Assembly (NCBI GenBank): GCA_030452275.1
Contig: JAKDMR010000001.1
Span: forward strand, 1 to 37,719
Origin: Candidatus Nitrosocosmicus sp.
GTDB lineage: Archaea; Thermoproteota; Nitrososphaeria; Nitrososphaerales; Nitrososphaeraceae
Length of the DNA stretch: 37,719 bases
Direction of reading: 5' to 3'
The position numbers and the translations under genes were made by a program. Shown here piece by piece: positions 28,503 to 37,694 of this stretch. Numbering within the stretch: position 1 is the first letter of the stretch; each line of letters begins with the position of its first letter. The notes beneath the pieces were generated by a model that was not told where the DNA came from, searched no databases, and saw only the letters and a list, made by a program, of their open reading frames with translations.

Positions 28503-29934
28503 TGGTTTCTTTAGAACAATAGTAAAGACAATCTCCCCTGTTATCCCACAAGTTGAGAAGCCTAAAAAGAAAATTACTCTAACTAATAAATTGATATGGA
28601 CCGGCATTGCTATGCTTATTTACCTAGTAATGGGGCAGGTTTCATTATTTGGAGTAAATGTTGATCCTGCTACTGATCCATTGGCTTTTGCCAGAGTAAT
28701 CTTTGCTGCTCAACAGAGAACTTTATTGGAGCTTGGAATTGGTCCTATTGTTACTGCTGGATTGTTAATGCAGTTATTGAAAGGTTCGGATATTTTAAAA
28801 CTAAACTTTAAGGATCCTAACGATAGATCCCTCTTTACATCTGCCACAAAAATAGTTACTATAATTGTAATAGTTGCAGAAACACTACTGTATGGTGTAA
28901 GCGTATATGGTGGCCTTACGCCGTCAGGCTATCATTTGACCATTTTAATAGCGCAGTTGACGGCGGCGTGTATAGTGGTCATGTACCTTGATGAATTGGT
29001 TCAGAAGGGATGGGGACTTGGCTCAGGGATCAGTATATTCATTATGGCCGGAGTAGCGCAAGCGATATTGTGGAGTCTCTTTAATCCTATACCGGTACCA
29101 AACGGCACTGAACTTAGTGGCTTGGTACCATTCATGATTACTAGCGGAATGGAGGGTCATATCGGAGATGCGGTATTGCGTTCGGCACCACCTGCTCCTG
29201 TTCCAAATATGCCAAGCCTCTTTGCATTTGGTATTACCGCGGGGATATTGCTGCTACTGGTATACGTGCAGGGTATACACGTGGATATACCCATTGTATC
29301 GACACGGTATCGAGGATTTACTGCGACGTATCCGATCAAACTCCTTTATACGTCCAACATTCCTGTGATATTGGCGTCTGCGCTTATGGCGAATGCGCTT
29401 TTCATAGGGCAAATGCTCTGGGTAAATTATAATCCAAACAACGATAATCCTGGCTTCAACTTAATAGCGCAGTATGATGCGGAATCTCAGAATCCTACCG
29501 GAGGTCTCTTTTATTATATAACAGCGCCTAGATCCTTTGAGGCTACTGTAGCTGATCCTGTGAGAGCGCTTGTATACGTGCTGTTCTTGACGACTATTGT
29601 TACCATCTTTGGCCGGTTGTGGGTCGAGCTGGGTGGACTCTCTGCGAAGGCGGCGGCGAAGAATCTATTGGACGCGGATGTACAAGTACCGGGCTTTAGA
29701 CGGTCGGAAAGTTCGGTGCAATCGCTCCTGAACCGGTACATTCCATCTGTGACTATAATAGGCGGAGTAATAATCGGACTACTGGCGTCTGTTTCGGATT
29801 TGTTTAGTGTTTTCGGAACTGGAATAGGATTGTTACTGATGGTGGATATACTTGTGAACTACTATAACTTGTTGGTTAGAGAACAAGTCGATGTTCATAT
29901 GCCAAAATTGGCATCCTTATTGGGACGAACGTAG
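28483..29934 (+). CDS. secY: Preprotein translocase subunit SecY
   Basis: LLELGIGPIVTAG, KGWGLGSGISIFI, YPIKLLYTSNIPVI, QVPGFR, GTGIGLLL; multiple TM segments. Confidence 0.98.
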   Translation: MSSVQNDGFFRTIVKTISPVIPQVEKPKKKITLTNKLIWTGIAMLIYLVMGQVSLFGVNVDPATDPLAFARVIFAAQQRTLLELGIGPIVTAGLLMQLLKGSDILKLNFKDPNDRSLFTSATKIVTIIVIVAETLLYGVSVYGGLTPSGYHLTILIAQLTAACIVVMYLDELVQKGWGLGSGISIFIMAGVAQAILWSLFNPIPVPNGTELSGLVPFMITSGMEGHIGDAVLRSAPPAPVPNMPSLFAFGITAGILLLLVYVQGIHVDIPIVSTRYRGFTATYPIKLLYTSNIPVILASALMANALFIGQMLWVNYNPNNDNPGFNLIAQYDAESQNPTGGLFYYITAPRSFEATVADPVRALVYVLFLTTIVTIFGRLWVELGGLSAKAAAKNLLDADVQVPGFRRSESSVQSLLNRYIPSVTIIGGVIIGLLASVSDLFSVFGTGIGLLLMVDILVNYYNLLVREQVDVHMPKLASLLGRT

Positions 29935-30079
29935 AGAATTTGGTCACATGATAATGATAATGATTCCAAAATCATTATCATACCATATATTTTTAGATTT
30001 AATACCTTGCAAATTATTCATACTAATATTATTAATTATAAAGCTAAAAATAAAGGATTTATTTTCTAAATAGAATTAT

Positions 30080-30655
30080 ATGACAAAGCGCGTTATGATA
30101 GTTGGTATTCCCGGTGTAGGAAAATCTACTGTTATAACAAATGTATTTAATTTACTCTCTCAAGAAGGTATCGATACTAAAATCGCTGAATTTGGTAAGA
30201 TCATGTTCGAACAAGCAAGACTCTTATCAATTAACAATCGCGACCAACTGAGGAAATTATCTATAGAACAGCAGAGGTCTCTGCAAGAAATGACCGCAAA
30301 CTACATCCACTCACTCGGTAATGACGTTGTAATTATCGACACTCACTTATTTATCAGAACCGAGCACGGATATTATCCGGGTATGCCATTAAAATTACTA
30401 AATATAATAAATCCTTCGCACTTGATTCTGATCACCGCCAAATCCGAAGAGATTCATAGAAGAAGAACTGATGACAATAGCAGACAAAGGGATCTGATTT
30501 CTATCGATCGTATTAGCAATGATTTAAGGTTATCTGAAAGTATGATATCTTCAAGCTCGATAATATCAGGTTGCCCTTTTTATATTATACAAAATAATAC
30601 AGATGAGGTTGAAAAGGCTAGCGATGATATTTGTAAGGTCATACTAAGCAAATGA
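30080..30655 (+). CDS. adkA: Archaeal adenylate kinase
   Basis: GIPGVGKST, RDQLRKL, IIDTH, GYYPGMP, RRTDDNSRQRD; follows secY. Confidence 0.95.
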   Translation: MTKRVMIVGIPGVGKSTVITNVFNLLSQEGIDTKIAEFGKIMFEQARLLSINNRDQLRKLSIEQQRSLQEMTANYIHSLGNDVVIIDTHLFIRTEHGYYPGMPLKLLNIINPSHLILITAKSEEIHRRRTDDNSRQRDLISIDRISNDLRLSESMISSSSIISGCPFYIIQNNTDEVEKASDDICKVILSK

Positions 30656-30677
30656 TATCAAAAAACTCATTGATAGC

Positions 30678-30685
30678 TTTATATA
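30678..30685 (+). promoter_or_regulatory. Putative TATA box upstream of cmk
   Basis: TTTATATA about 35-45 nt before the candidate starts. Confidence 0.4.
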
Positions 30686-30719
30686 TACATAGGTCACAAT
30701 TGACCAAAATCTAGTTTTA

Positions 30720-31352
30720 GTGTTAAATATGGGATCGAATCAAATTAAGGATATTAAGAAATATGAAGACCATGCGGATCGCAAGATGAGTATTGTAATA
30801 TCCGGATGGCCTGCTGTAGGAAAGACTACAATTGCTGAAAATCTAGCTAAGGATTTTAATCTAAAACTGTGGAACGGGGGGGATATACTAAAGATGATGG
30901 CGTTTGAACGAGGTTATTCATCGTCACTCAATCATGATTGGTGGGATACAGAAGAGGCAGCTAAATTTATGAGAGAGCGTAACAATAATCCAAACTTTGA
31001 CAGAGAAGTAGATAATCGTTTGATAGAACTTGTCAAAGAAGGAAATGTCGTCATTACTAGTTATACGTTACCATGGATCTCAGACGCAACAATAAATTTC
31101 TGGTTGCAGGGTTCTGTTGATAGTAGATCAAAACGTATGTCGATGAGGGACAAAATAGATATCAATACTGCCAAGAAAATAGTACAACGACGCGATGTTG
31201 AGAATAAATTGATTTATCAAAAACTGTATCAGTTCGAATTTGGAGAAAAGCTTGACGTATTCGACTTCGCCATGAATACCGATATATTGTCATTAGAATC
31301 CTTAATTATTATTTCAAAAAACATAGTAGAGAATGTAATAAGCTCGTCTTGA
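30720..31352 (+). CDS. cmk: Cytidylate kinase (archaeal type)
   Basis: ISGWPAVGKTT, GGDILK, FDREVD, R..RMSMRD, RDVENK. Start could be 30720, 30729 or 30786. Confidence 0.9.
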   Translation: MLNMGSNQIKDIKKYEDHADRKMSIVISGWPAVGKTTIAENLAKDFNLKLWNGGDILKMMAFERGYSSSLNHDWWDTEEAAKFMRERNNNPNFDREVDNRLIELVKEGNVVITSYTLPWISDATINFWLQGSVDSRSKRMSMRDKIDINTAKKIVQRRDVENKLIYQKLYQFEFGEKLDVFDFAMNTDILSLESLIIISKNIVENVISSS

Positions 31353-31383
31353 TTATCATGAAATTTAAAGGTAACGAACATTA

Positions 31384-32430
31384 ATGGAATTTAATCTCCC
31401 TCAATTAGACAATTTAGTAAAGATAAATGATGGAACGTCCGATGAGAAATTCGGATACTATCCTAATAACAGACCTATTGCGCAACTATTAAGCTATGGA
31501 CTGATTTTGTTGGATAAACCTCCTGGTACTACAAGTCACGAAATTGTTTCATACGTTAAAAAAATACTTGGTTTGGAAAAAGCTGGGCATAGTGGTACCT
31601 TAGATCCAGGCACAACTGGATTGTTACCCATTGGATTAGATGAAGGTACAAAAATAGTCCCTGTATTACTCCTGGGACCAAAGGAATACGTTGCCCTGGC
31701 TAGACTACATAGTCACGTTTCCAATGAAAAACTCGGTCAAGTATTGAAAGAATTTACCGGTCCGATTTATCAAAAACCGCCCCAAAGATCATCTGTAAAA
31801 CGTCAAACACGTATTAGGACTATTTACGAATTGGAATTGCAAGATCAATTTGATCGATTGTTATTATTGAGAACACTATGTGAGTCTGGAACATATATTC
31901 GTAAACTAATATATGATATAGGGGAAGTGCTTGAAATTGGTGCCTCAATGATAGAGTTACGGAGGACTAAGGTTTGGAATTTTGTAGATGAATCCGACTT
32001 TGTTAGACTACATGATCTGGTAGACGCATTTCAGCTGTATAAAGAATCCGGCAATGAAGAGAAACTTCGAAGATTTATACTTCCAATTGAAATGGCCATG
32101 ACTCATATTCCAGCAATAACTATTAGAGATACTGCGATAGATGCTCTTTGCCACGGCGCACAGTTAGCACTGCCTGGCATAGTATCCATTCCTCAAAACT
32201 TAAAAAAAGGCGATTTAGTAGGAATTTATTCACTAAAAGGAGAAATCGTTGGACTGGGTATATCTGTATTAGAATTTGATGAATTTCTTAGTAAAAAGAA
32301 GGGAATTTGCTTACAAATAAAAAGAATCGTTATGAAACCAAACACATATCCGAAATTTTGGTCCACTTCCGATACTAATCCAAGCCCGGCCAACTCTGAA
32401 ATAAGTGGTGATGAATCGATTTTTAACTAA
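31384..32430 (+). CDS. cbf5: H/ACA RNA-guided pseudouridine synthase Cbf5
   Basis: LDKPPGTTSHE, GHSGTLDP, YQKPPQRSSVKR, CESGTYIRKL, C-terminal PUA domain. Confidence 0.97.
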   Translation: MEFNLPQLDNLVKINDGTSDEKFGYYPNNRPIAQLLSYGLILLDKPPGTTSHEIVSYVKKILGLEKAGHSGTLDPGTTGLLPIGLDEGTKIVPVLLLGPKEYVALARLHSHVSNEKLGQVLKEFTGPIYQKPPQRSSVKRQTRIRTIYELELQDQFDRLLLLRTLCESGTYIRKLIYDIGEVLEIGASMIELRRTKVWNFVDESDFVRLHDLVDAFQLYKESGNEEKLRRFILPIEMAMTHIPAITIRDTAIDALCHGAQLALPGIVSIPQNLKKGDLVGIYSLKGEIVGLGISVLEFDEFLSKKKGICLQIKRIVMKPNTYPKFWSTSDTNPSPANSEISGDESIFN

Positions 32431-32508
32431 TTTTGAATTTCAGATCCACCCATAACCTGTAATTAACAGGCAATTCGATTCAAGATAGATTGATCAGAAT
32501 CTAAATTA

Positions 32509-32667
32509 TTAAATAGTCTCTCCAATTCCTGGATTTGTTTTATCTAGCATTGATATTTTTCTAGCAAGGTTTTCCATAGTACCAGGCAAATGACAATTAC
32601 ACATGCAGTCATCACATTCTGCGTGTTTTAAATTCTTGCAAGAGTTTGAAAGTTGTAATTTTTCCAT
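32509..32667 (-). CDS. Small Cys/His-rich putative metal-binding protein (52 aa)
   Basis: Hand translation: MEKLQLSNSCKNLKHAECDDCMCNCHLPGTMENLARKISMLDKTNPGIGETI. It occupies the cbf5-priL gap, divergent from priL. Confidence 0.65.
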   Translation of the reverse strand: MEKLQLSNSCKNLKHAECDDCMCNCHLPGTMENLARKISMLDKTNPGIGETI

Positions 32668-32759
32668 ATACCTATCTTTCGATAACGTGTTCTAAATTTA
32701 ATTGTTTAATCCATAGAAAATCTTATTTAATTTTGATGTGTTATGTCATCAAGTACAAT

Positions 32760-33812
32760 TTGGTGGTGAGATTTGGTAATAAGGATCTGGCTAAATATCC
32801 TTTCTTAAAGGAAGCATTTTCGTATATTGTTAAATATGATTTTAAACTCGAAGATCTTGACAGTAGAGATTATCAGCATCTTATAGACAAGGCTACTAAA
32901 AAAATAGAACAATATCTATTTTTTGGAAAGTGTGAATATCAAATTAATTACAGCAAAACACATGAAACAATAGTCCAAGAAGAGGTTATCATATTCATTA
33001 TCTCTTTGTTATTGATCAAATCTATTTCAATCCAAGCAGTGACCAAAAAATTTGCATTATTGGAATCAATGAGATTTGAAAAATACCTTATTTCTGATTT
33101 GAATACCGCTAACCAAGATGACAAAACTATTAAACTGATACTCTACAAGATTTTTGAGGATTTATTTAGTACTAAAATCTTGTTAGAGGTAGATATTTAT
33201 AACTTCTACAAAATCCGAATCACTGATTATTTGGATCACCCGATTGCATTTCAAGAAAAAGAATGGAATTTAGTTAATAGAACCCTTCACAATGGATTTG
33301 TATATTTGGATGGAACCGAAATAGTAAGGTTATTCAGAAATGAACTTTATTTACTAATAATTGATAGGATCCAGAAAATGAGTATTGACAGAATACCAGA
33401 TACCATAATGGCAATTTCAAAATCTATCAAAAAGCGATGGGAACAAATGCACCCATCTATCAACGAACCTGCTTACAATGTGGTTACACCTCCGTGCATT
33501 CAGCACATTTATGATCAAATTAGTAAAGGCGAGAATTTACCCCATCCTGCAAGGCTACTTTTAGGCACATTTCTAATTTATTCTAATAAGACACTGGAGG
33601 AGATGTTAGATCTCTTCAAACGATTACCCGATTTCGATGAAAAAATTACTAGGTATCAGTTAGAACATCTTGCAGGTAAAAAAGGTAGTTCCAAAAGGTA
33701 CTATGTTCCATCTTGTGAAAAGATCAAACTAGAAAATTTATGCTATGAGACAAGAATATGTCAGGGAATTAGCAATCCTATTCAGCTCGTTAGAAAGAAA
33801 TCGGATATCTAG
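32760..33812 (+). CDS. priL: DNA primase large subunit PriL
   Basis: LAKYPFL, WNLVNRTLHNGFVYL, PPCI, GENLPHPARL, PDFDEKITRYQLEHLAG, PSCEK..LC..C Fe-S ligands. The true start is probably near 32760 rather than 32646. Confidence 0.95.
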   Translation: MVVRFGNKDLAKYPFLKEAFSYIVKYDFKLEDLDSRDYQHLIDKATKKIEQYLFFGKCEYQINYSKTHETIVQEEVIIFIISLLLIKSISIQAVTKKFALLESMRFEKYLISDLNTANQDDKTIKLILYKIFEDLFSTKILLEVDIYNFYKIRITDYLDHPIAFQEKEWNLVNRTLHNGFVYLDGTEIVRLFRNELYLLIIDRIQKMSIDRIPDTIMAISKSIKKRWEQMHPSINEPAYNVVTPPCIQHIYDQISKGENLPHPARLLLGTFLIYSNKTLEEMLDLFKRLPDFDEKITRYQLEHLAGKKGSSKRYYVPSCEKIKLENLCYETRICQGISNPIQLVRKKSDI

Positions 33813-33813
33813 T

Positions 33814-35043
33814 ATGTCTGATACGTCATCTTTTGATTTTAATGAATCCGGAAAAAACGGCAAGCATACATCCAAATACCAAAATGCTGAACCAGATGAC
33901 AAAAATAAAAATTGGCTTGAAGGGGTATTTAGGAGATACTACTTTTATCATTATTCACAAATTGAACTAGGTGAGTTGATTAATGAACATGAATTTGGAT
34001 TCAGACTGTTCGATGGGAAAATCCGCAGGCACCTAGCCTTTAACGACAAAAAAGAGTTATATGCATATATTATAAAATTTTCTCCCTCTGATATTTTTTA
34101 TTCCTCGTCCCGATATCAAAATCCGAAAGCAGAAATCGATCAAAAAGGCTGGATCGGGTCTGATCTTATATTTGATATTGATGGAAAAGATCTTCATTTA
34201 GAGTGTGCTCAAAGTCATAACTTAGTTTTGTGTAGGGATTGCAGCTTTATTTCTAAAGGCATCATCCCCAAATGTGCAGGTTGTAATAGTACCCGATTAC
34301 AAATTATCGATATGCCGTGCTCTAGATGTATCAAATCTTTAACCGGGGAAGTCAAAAAGCTAACAGAAATACTTAAAGATGATTTTGGGATTGTTAGTGA
34401 ATCTATATTTATCTATTTTTCGGGCAACAACGGATACCACATTCACGTTGTCGATAAGAATTTTTATGGCATCTCAGCTCAGAAACGAAGTGCTTTTGCT
34501 CAATACTTAATGGGTAAAGGATACTTGATTGAGAATTTAGGCATTAGAAAAAATACCGATGGCGTCCTTACACCGATGCACAACAAAGTTCAATATAACC
34601 AGGGTTGGAGAAGAAGAATTTTTGATTCGATGCATCTACCCATTCAGAATCATAGAATTGATGACAAGTTTGTCAAGAAATATGTTCGTATGCTAGACGC
34701 AAAGAATAACAACACCAATGACATTATTAGTACCAATATTTTTGACCTATCTGCAAAAATCGATCCGAACGTCACTATGGACATTCATAGAATATTCAGA
34801 CTCGCTGGCTCCATTAATAGTAAGAGTGGATTAATCAAAGCTTTTTGCAAAGATTTGGATTCATTCAATCCATTTGTGGATGCTTGCTTTGTTGGAGGAG
34901 ATTCCAATGTTAAAATAGATTCGAAATTAAACATCAAGATATCTTTGAAAGGAAAACAATTTAGCTTAAAACCTGGAGCGAATACGATTCCTGAGTATGT
35001 GGCTGCTTATGTGGTTTGTAAGGGCATTGGAGATATTCAGTAA
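33814..35043 (+). CDS. priS: DNA primase small (catalytic) subunit PriS
   Basis: EFGF, DLIFDID, FSGNNGYHIHV, IDPNVTMDIHRIFRLAGSINSKSG; Cys-rich Zn insert. ATG 33814 is the likely start. Confidence 0.96.
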   Translation: MSDTSSFDFNESGKNGKHTSKYQNAEPDDKNKNWLEGVFRRYYFYHYSQIELGELINEHEFGFRLFDGKIRRHLAFNDKKELYAYIIKFSPSDIFYSSSRYQNPKAEIDQKGWIGSDLIFDIDGKDLHLECAQSHNLVLCRDCSFISKGIIPKCAGCNSTRLQIIDMPCSRCIKSLTGEVKKLTEILKDDFGIVSESIFIYFSGNNGYHIHVVDKNFYGISAQKRSAFAQYLMGKGYLIENLGIRKNTDGVLTPMHNKVQYNQGWRRRIFDSMHLPIQNHRIDDKFVKKYVRMLDAKNNNTNDIISTNIFDLSAKIDPNVTMDIHRIFRLAGSINSKSGLIKAFCKDLDSFNPFVDACFVGGDSNVKIDSKLNIKISLKGKQFSLKPGANTIPEYVAAYVVCKGIGDIQ

Positions 35044-35079
35044 TACACATAGTAATAAATCATAAAGCCAAGGTTATCA

Positions 35080-35466
35080 GTGATGGACCATGGATCAGAC
35101 TATGAACCGACTGTAGAATACTGGGTCATTGCATTTTTTAAAACCCATTCAAAAAATAAAACATATTACAGGCAATTCATGGCTACCGGATTTTATGAGG
35201 CTTTTGATATTGCGATGACTTTTTCTGAAAAAACTACTTGCCAAATTCTTTGGTATAAAGAGAAACGAAAATGTGATTCAAAATTCACAGAATTAGGTAT
35301 CCCTTTATTGGAAAGCTTTTGTACTTTTTGCAATAAAGAGTTTAATAATATTGAGCCAATAAAGTGTAATTACGAAAAAAATAATTTCAGTTGCAAGTCT
35401 GAATTTTGCTCTTTAGATTGTAAGGAGGAACATTTTTACTTTAAACATGTTAGATTACTATCTTGA
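35080..35466 (+). CDS. Hypothetical protein with C-terminal Zn-finger (MYND/TRASH-like pattern)
   Basis: CTFC..C..C..FCSLDCKEEH..H. Confidence 0.7.
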   Translation: MMDHGSDYEPTVEYWVIAFFKTHSKNKTYYRQFMATGFYEAFDIAMTFSEKTTCQILWYKEKRKCDSKFTELGIPLLESFCTFCNKEFNNIEPIKCNYEKNNFSCKSEFCSLDCKEEHFYFKHVRLLS

Positions 35467-35475
35467 TTTTTATAG

Positions 35476-35868
35476 TTAGTTTACCTTTTTTATTAATTCT
35501 AAATATCCCTTGACCATGTTAGGATCAATTACACCTTGAACTACTGAAGAAACACCAGATTCCAAAACTATATCCATTGCTACTGCACTGTAAGGAATAT
35601 CAAATTCTTCAATCTCTTGTGAATCATTAGTTTCATAAATTTGTTCATCAGTATTTCCGATTATTTTGAACGCCAAAATCCTGTCAATTTTGCGCATACC
35701 TGATCCTCCTCCCCTACCTCCTGCTGAACCACTAGATTCTTTAACCATTAGAACGAATATTGTATTTTCTCTCATGCTGCCAGCTACACTGGTCAAATTA
35801 ATTTCCTGTGATGAAACTATCAATTTCCGCCTTGGAAGCAGCAATATCTCTGATATTTTAATGACCAT
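35476..35868 (-). CDS. Hypothetical protein with Gly-rich loop
   Basis: KESSGSAGGRGGGSG..EFDIPYSAVAMDI..VVQGVID. Start uncertain (35868 or 35775 more likely than 35958). Confidence 0.7.
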   Translation of the reverse strand: MVIKISEILLLPRRKLIVSSQEINLTSVAGSMRENTIFVLMVKESSGSAGGRGGGSGMRKIDRILAFKIIGNTDEQIYETNDSQEIEEFDIPYSAVAMDIVLESGVSSVVQGVIDPNMVKGYLELIKKVN

Positions 35869-35960
35869 GCGATTAAGACAATACATGCTAATAAAAATAT
35901 TTATTGTAGATGGTATGCTGGTAGAAATAAATAATGAATAGATAAAATAATTTATCAATT

Positions 35961-37016
35961 ATGGCTAAGCCTAACAACGAGGGTTATCTTACTACAATCG
36001 CTTGGGAAAATTATGGTGTAAAATTAATTGATCAAACTAAATTACCTGAATCACTTGAATATATAACCTGTAAGAACCATTTGGATGTAGCAGACGCAAT
36101 TAAAAAGTTAGCAATTCGTGGAGCCCCAGCAATTGGTGTTGCTGCAGCGATGGGGCTTGCCCTTTGTGCCAACAACAGTAAATGCAATAACAAGGATAAG
36201 ATGATGGAGGAGTTAGGACTAGCTTACGATATTTTACTCAAGACCAGACCCACGGCCATCAACCTAAAATGGGGATTAGATAGAGTATTTGAGGAGGCAA
36301 GGAAATACGATACAGTAGACGATATCAAGAAACATGCAATTCTTCAAGCAATTAAGATGTCTCATGATGATGTCACTATCAATAAGTTGTTGGGAAAATT
36401 TGGCTCTAATTTAATCAATGATGGGGACGTAGTGATGACCCATTGTAATGCTGGAGCGTTGGCTACAGTCTCTTATGGAACTGCGCTGGGTGTAATCAGG
36501 TCAGTAATGGAGTCAGGGAAGAAGGTTAGTGTTATTGCAACAGAGACCAGACCCGTAATGCAAGGATCAAGGCTTACTGCATTTGAGCTGGTGCATGACG
36601 GTATCGATGTCAGTTTGATTCCAGATACTGCGGTAGGATATTTAATGTCAAATAAGATGATTGATAAGGTAGTGGTAGGTGCTGATAGAATACTAAAATC
36701 GGGCCATGTCTTTAACAAGATAGGTACGTATCAAGTGGCTCTCCTTGCTAAGGCCCATGACATCCCATTTTACGTTGCTGCGCCATTATCAACTTTTGAT
36801 TTGAATAATAACGAAAAAGATATCGTTATTGAAGAGCGTTCCGTAGATGAGGTGGTAAAAATAGGTGAAAAAAGAATCGCACCAGTAGGGGTAAGAATTT
36901 TTAATCCTGCTTTTGATGTAACTTCTCCAGATCTAATCGCCGGAATAATCACAGAGAGAGGGGTTATTTATCCACCCTATGAATTAAACCTGAGGCCCCT
37001 GTTTCAGTCAGATTGA
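35961..37016 (+). CDS. mtnA: S-methyl-5-thioribose-1-phosphate isomerase
   Basis: IDQTKLP, IRGAPAIG, TRPTAINL, THCNAGALAT..GTALG, ETRPVMQGSRLT, GADRI, NKIGTY, NPAFDVT. Confidence 0.95.
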   Translation: MAKPNNEGYLTTIAWENYGVKLIDQTKLPESLEYITCKNHLDVADAIKKLAIRGAPAIGVAAAMGLALCANNSKCNNKDKMMEELGLAYDILLKTRPTAINLKWGLDRVFEEARKYDTVDDIKKHAILQAIKMSHDDVTINKLLGKFGSNLINDGDVVMTHCNAGALATVSYGTALGVIRSVMESGKKVSVIATETRPVMQGSRLTAFELVHDGIDVSLIPDTAVGYLMSNKMIDKVVVGADRILKSGHVFNKIGTYQVALLAKAHDIPFYVAAPLSTFDLNNNEKDIVIEERSVDEVVKIGEKRIAPVGVRIFNPAFDVTSPDLIAGIITERGVIYPPYELNLRPLFQSD

Positions 37017-37082
37017 TGACAGCTCGGTAACGTCTAAAGACCATCAAAAAAATTTAAAAAGCGGTTAACTACACATTGAATA

Positions 37083-37694
37083 GTGCATACAGAGCAAATA
37101 ACTAGGGAAAGAGTTTTTTCCGAATTAAGAAAATGTATGGATCCAGAAATTCCAGTTAATGTAGTAGATCTTGGTTTGATCTATAATGTGGATGTTTCGG
37201 AAAAAAATAATATTGATATTAAAATGACCATGACTACACGTGGTTGTCCCTTACACGATACTTTAGTAAGTGACGTAAAAAAATATGTCAATACCATAGA
37301 AGGTGTTGGGGATATTAATGTACAAATAGTGTGGGATCCTCCATGGTCTATAGAAAAAATGAATCCCGCAGTCAGGGATAAACTCGGATTCGGTAAACCC
37401 ACCCTGAGATTTAAGATTGATTATGAAAAGTATATGCCCATGAAGGTCGGCAAAGTAACTAAGCAGGAGGATGGATCCTTGGCTGTAGTGAATGAGAAAG
37501 GCCAAGGATTCATGGTAAACGAAAACATTATCGAGTTTTGGGAAAATTGTACTGGGGACAAAACCATAAACCAATTAGCTGACAATTTCTCAGAAAAATT
37601 AAGTCTCCCTCGTCAACAGGTAGAACAGGAGGTAGTTCAATTGATTCAGCAATTGATGGAAGCAGAGTTGTTGATGCCTACTAATGAGAATTAG
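37083..37694 (+). CDS. DUF59/SufT (MIP18-like) Fe-S maturation domain fused to a PqqD/RRE-like domain
   Basis: N-terminal DPEIPVNVVDLGLIY, MTMTTRGCP, VWDPPW. C-terminal GFMVNENIIEFWENCTGDKTINQLAD..VVQLIQQLMEAELL fits the PqqD pattern. Confidence 0.85.
   Translation: MHTEQITRERVFSELRKCMDPEIPVNVVDLGLIYNVDVSEKNNIDIKMTMTTRGCPLHDTLVSDVKKYVNTIEGVGDINVQIVWDPPWSIEKMNPAVRDKLGFGKPTLRFKIDYEKYMPMKVGKVTKQEDGSLAVVNEKGQGFMVNENIIEFWENCTGDKTINQLADNFSEKLSLPRQQVEQEVVQLIQQLMEAELLMPTNEN

Noticed and set aside
32456-32470. Short inverted repeat cctgt-aatta-acagg between convergent genes
   Set aside because: Only 5-bp arms; too weak to call.
4018-37574. Numerous 60-127-aa antisense or overlapping ORFs in the track (e.g. 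4018-4320, 17828-18211, 23421-23777, 27476-27805, 37263-37574)
   Set aside because: They lie opposite or inside well-supported genes and have no recognisable motifs; shadow ORFs.
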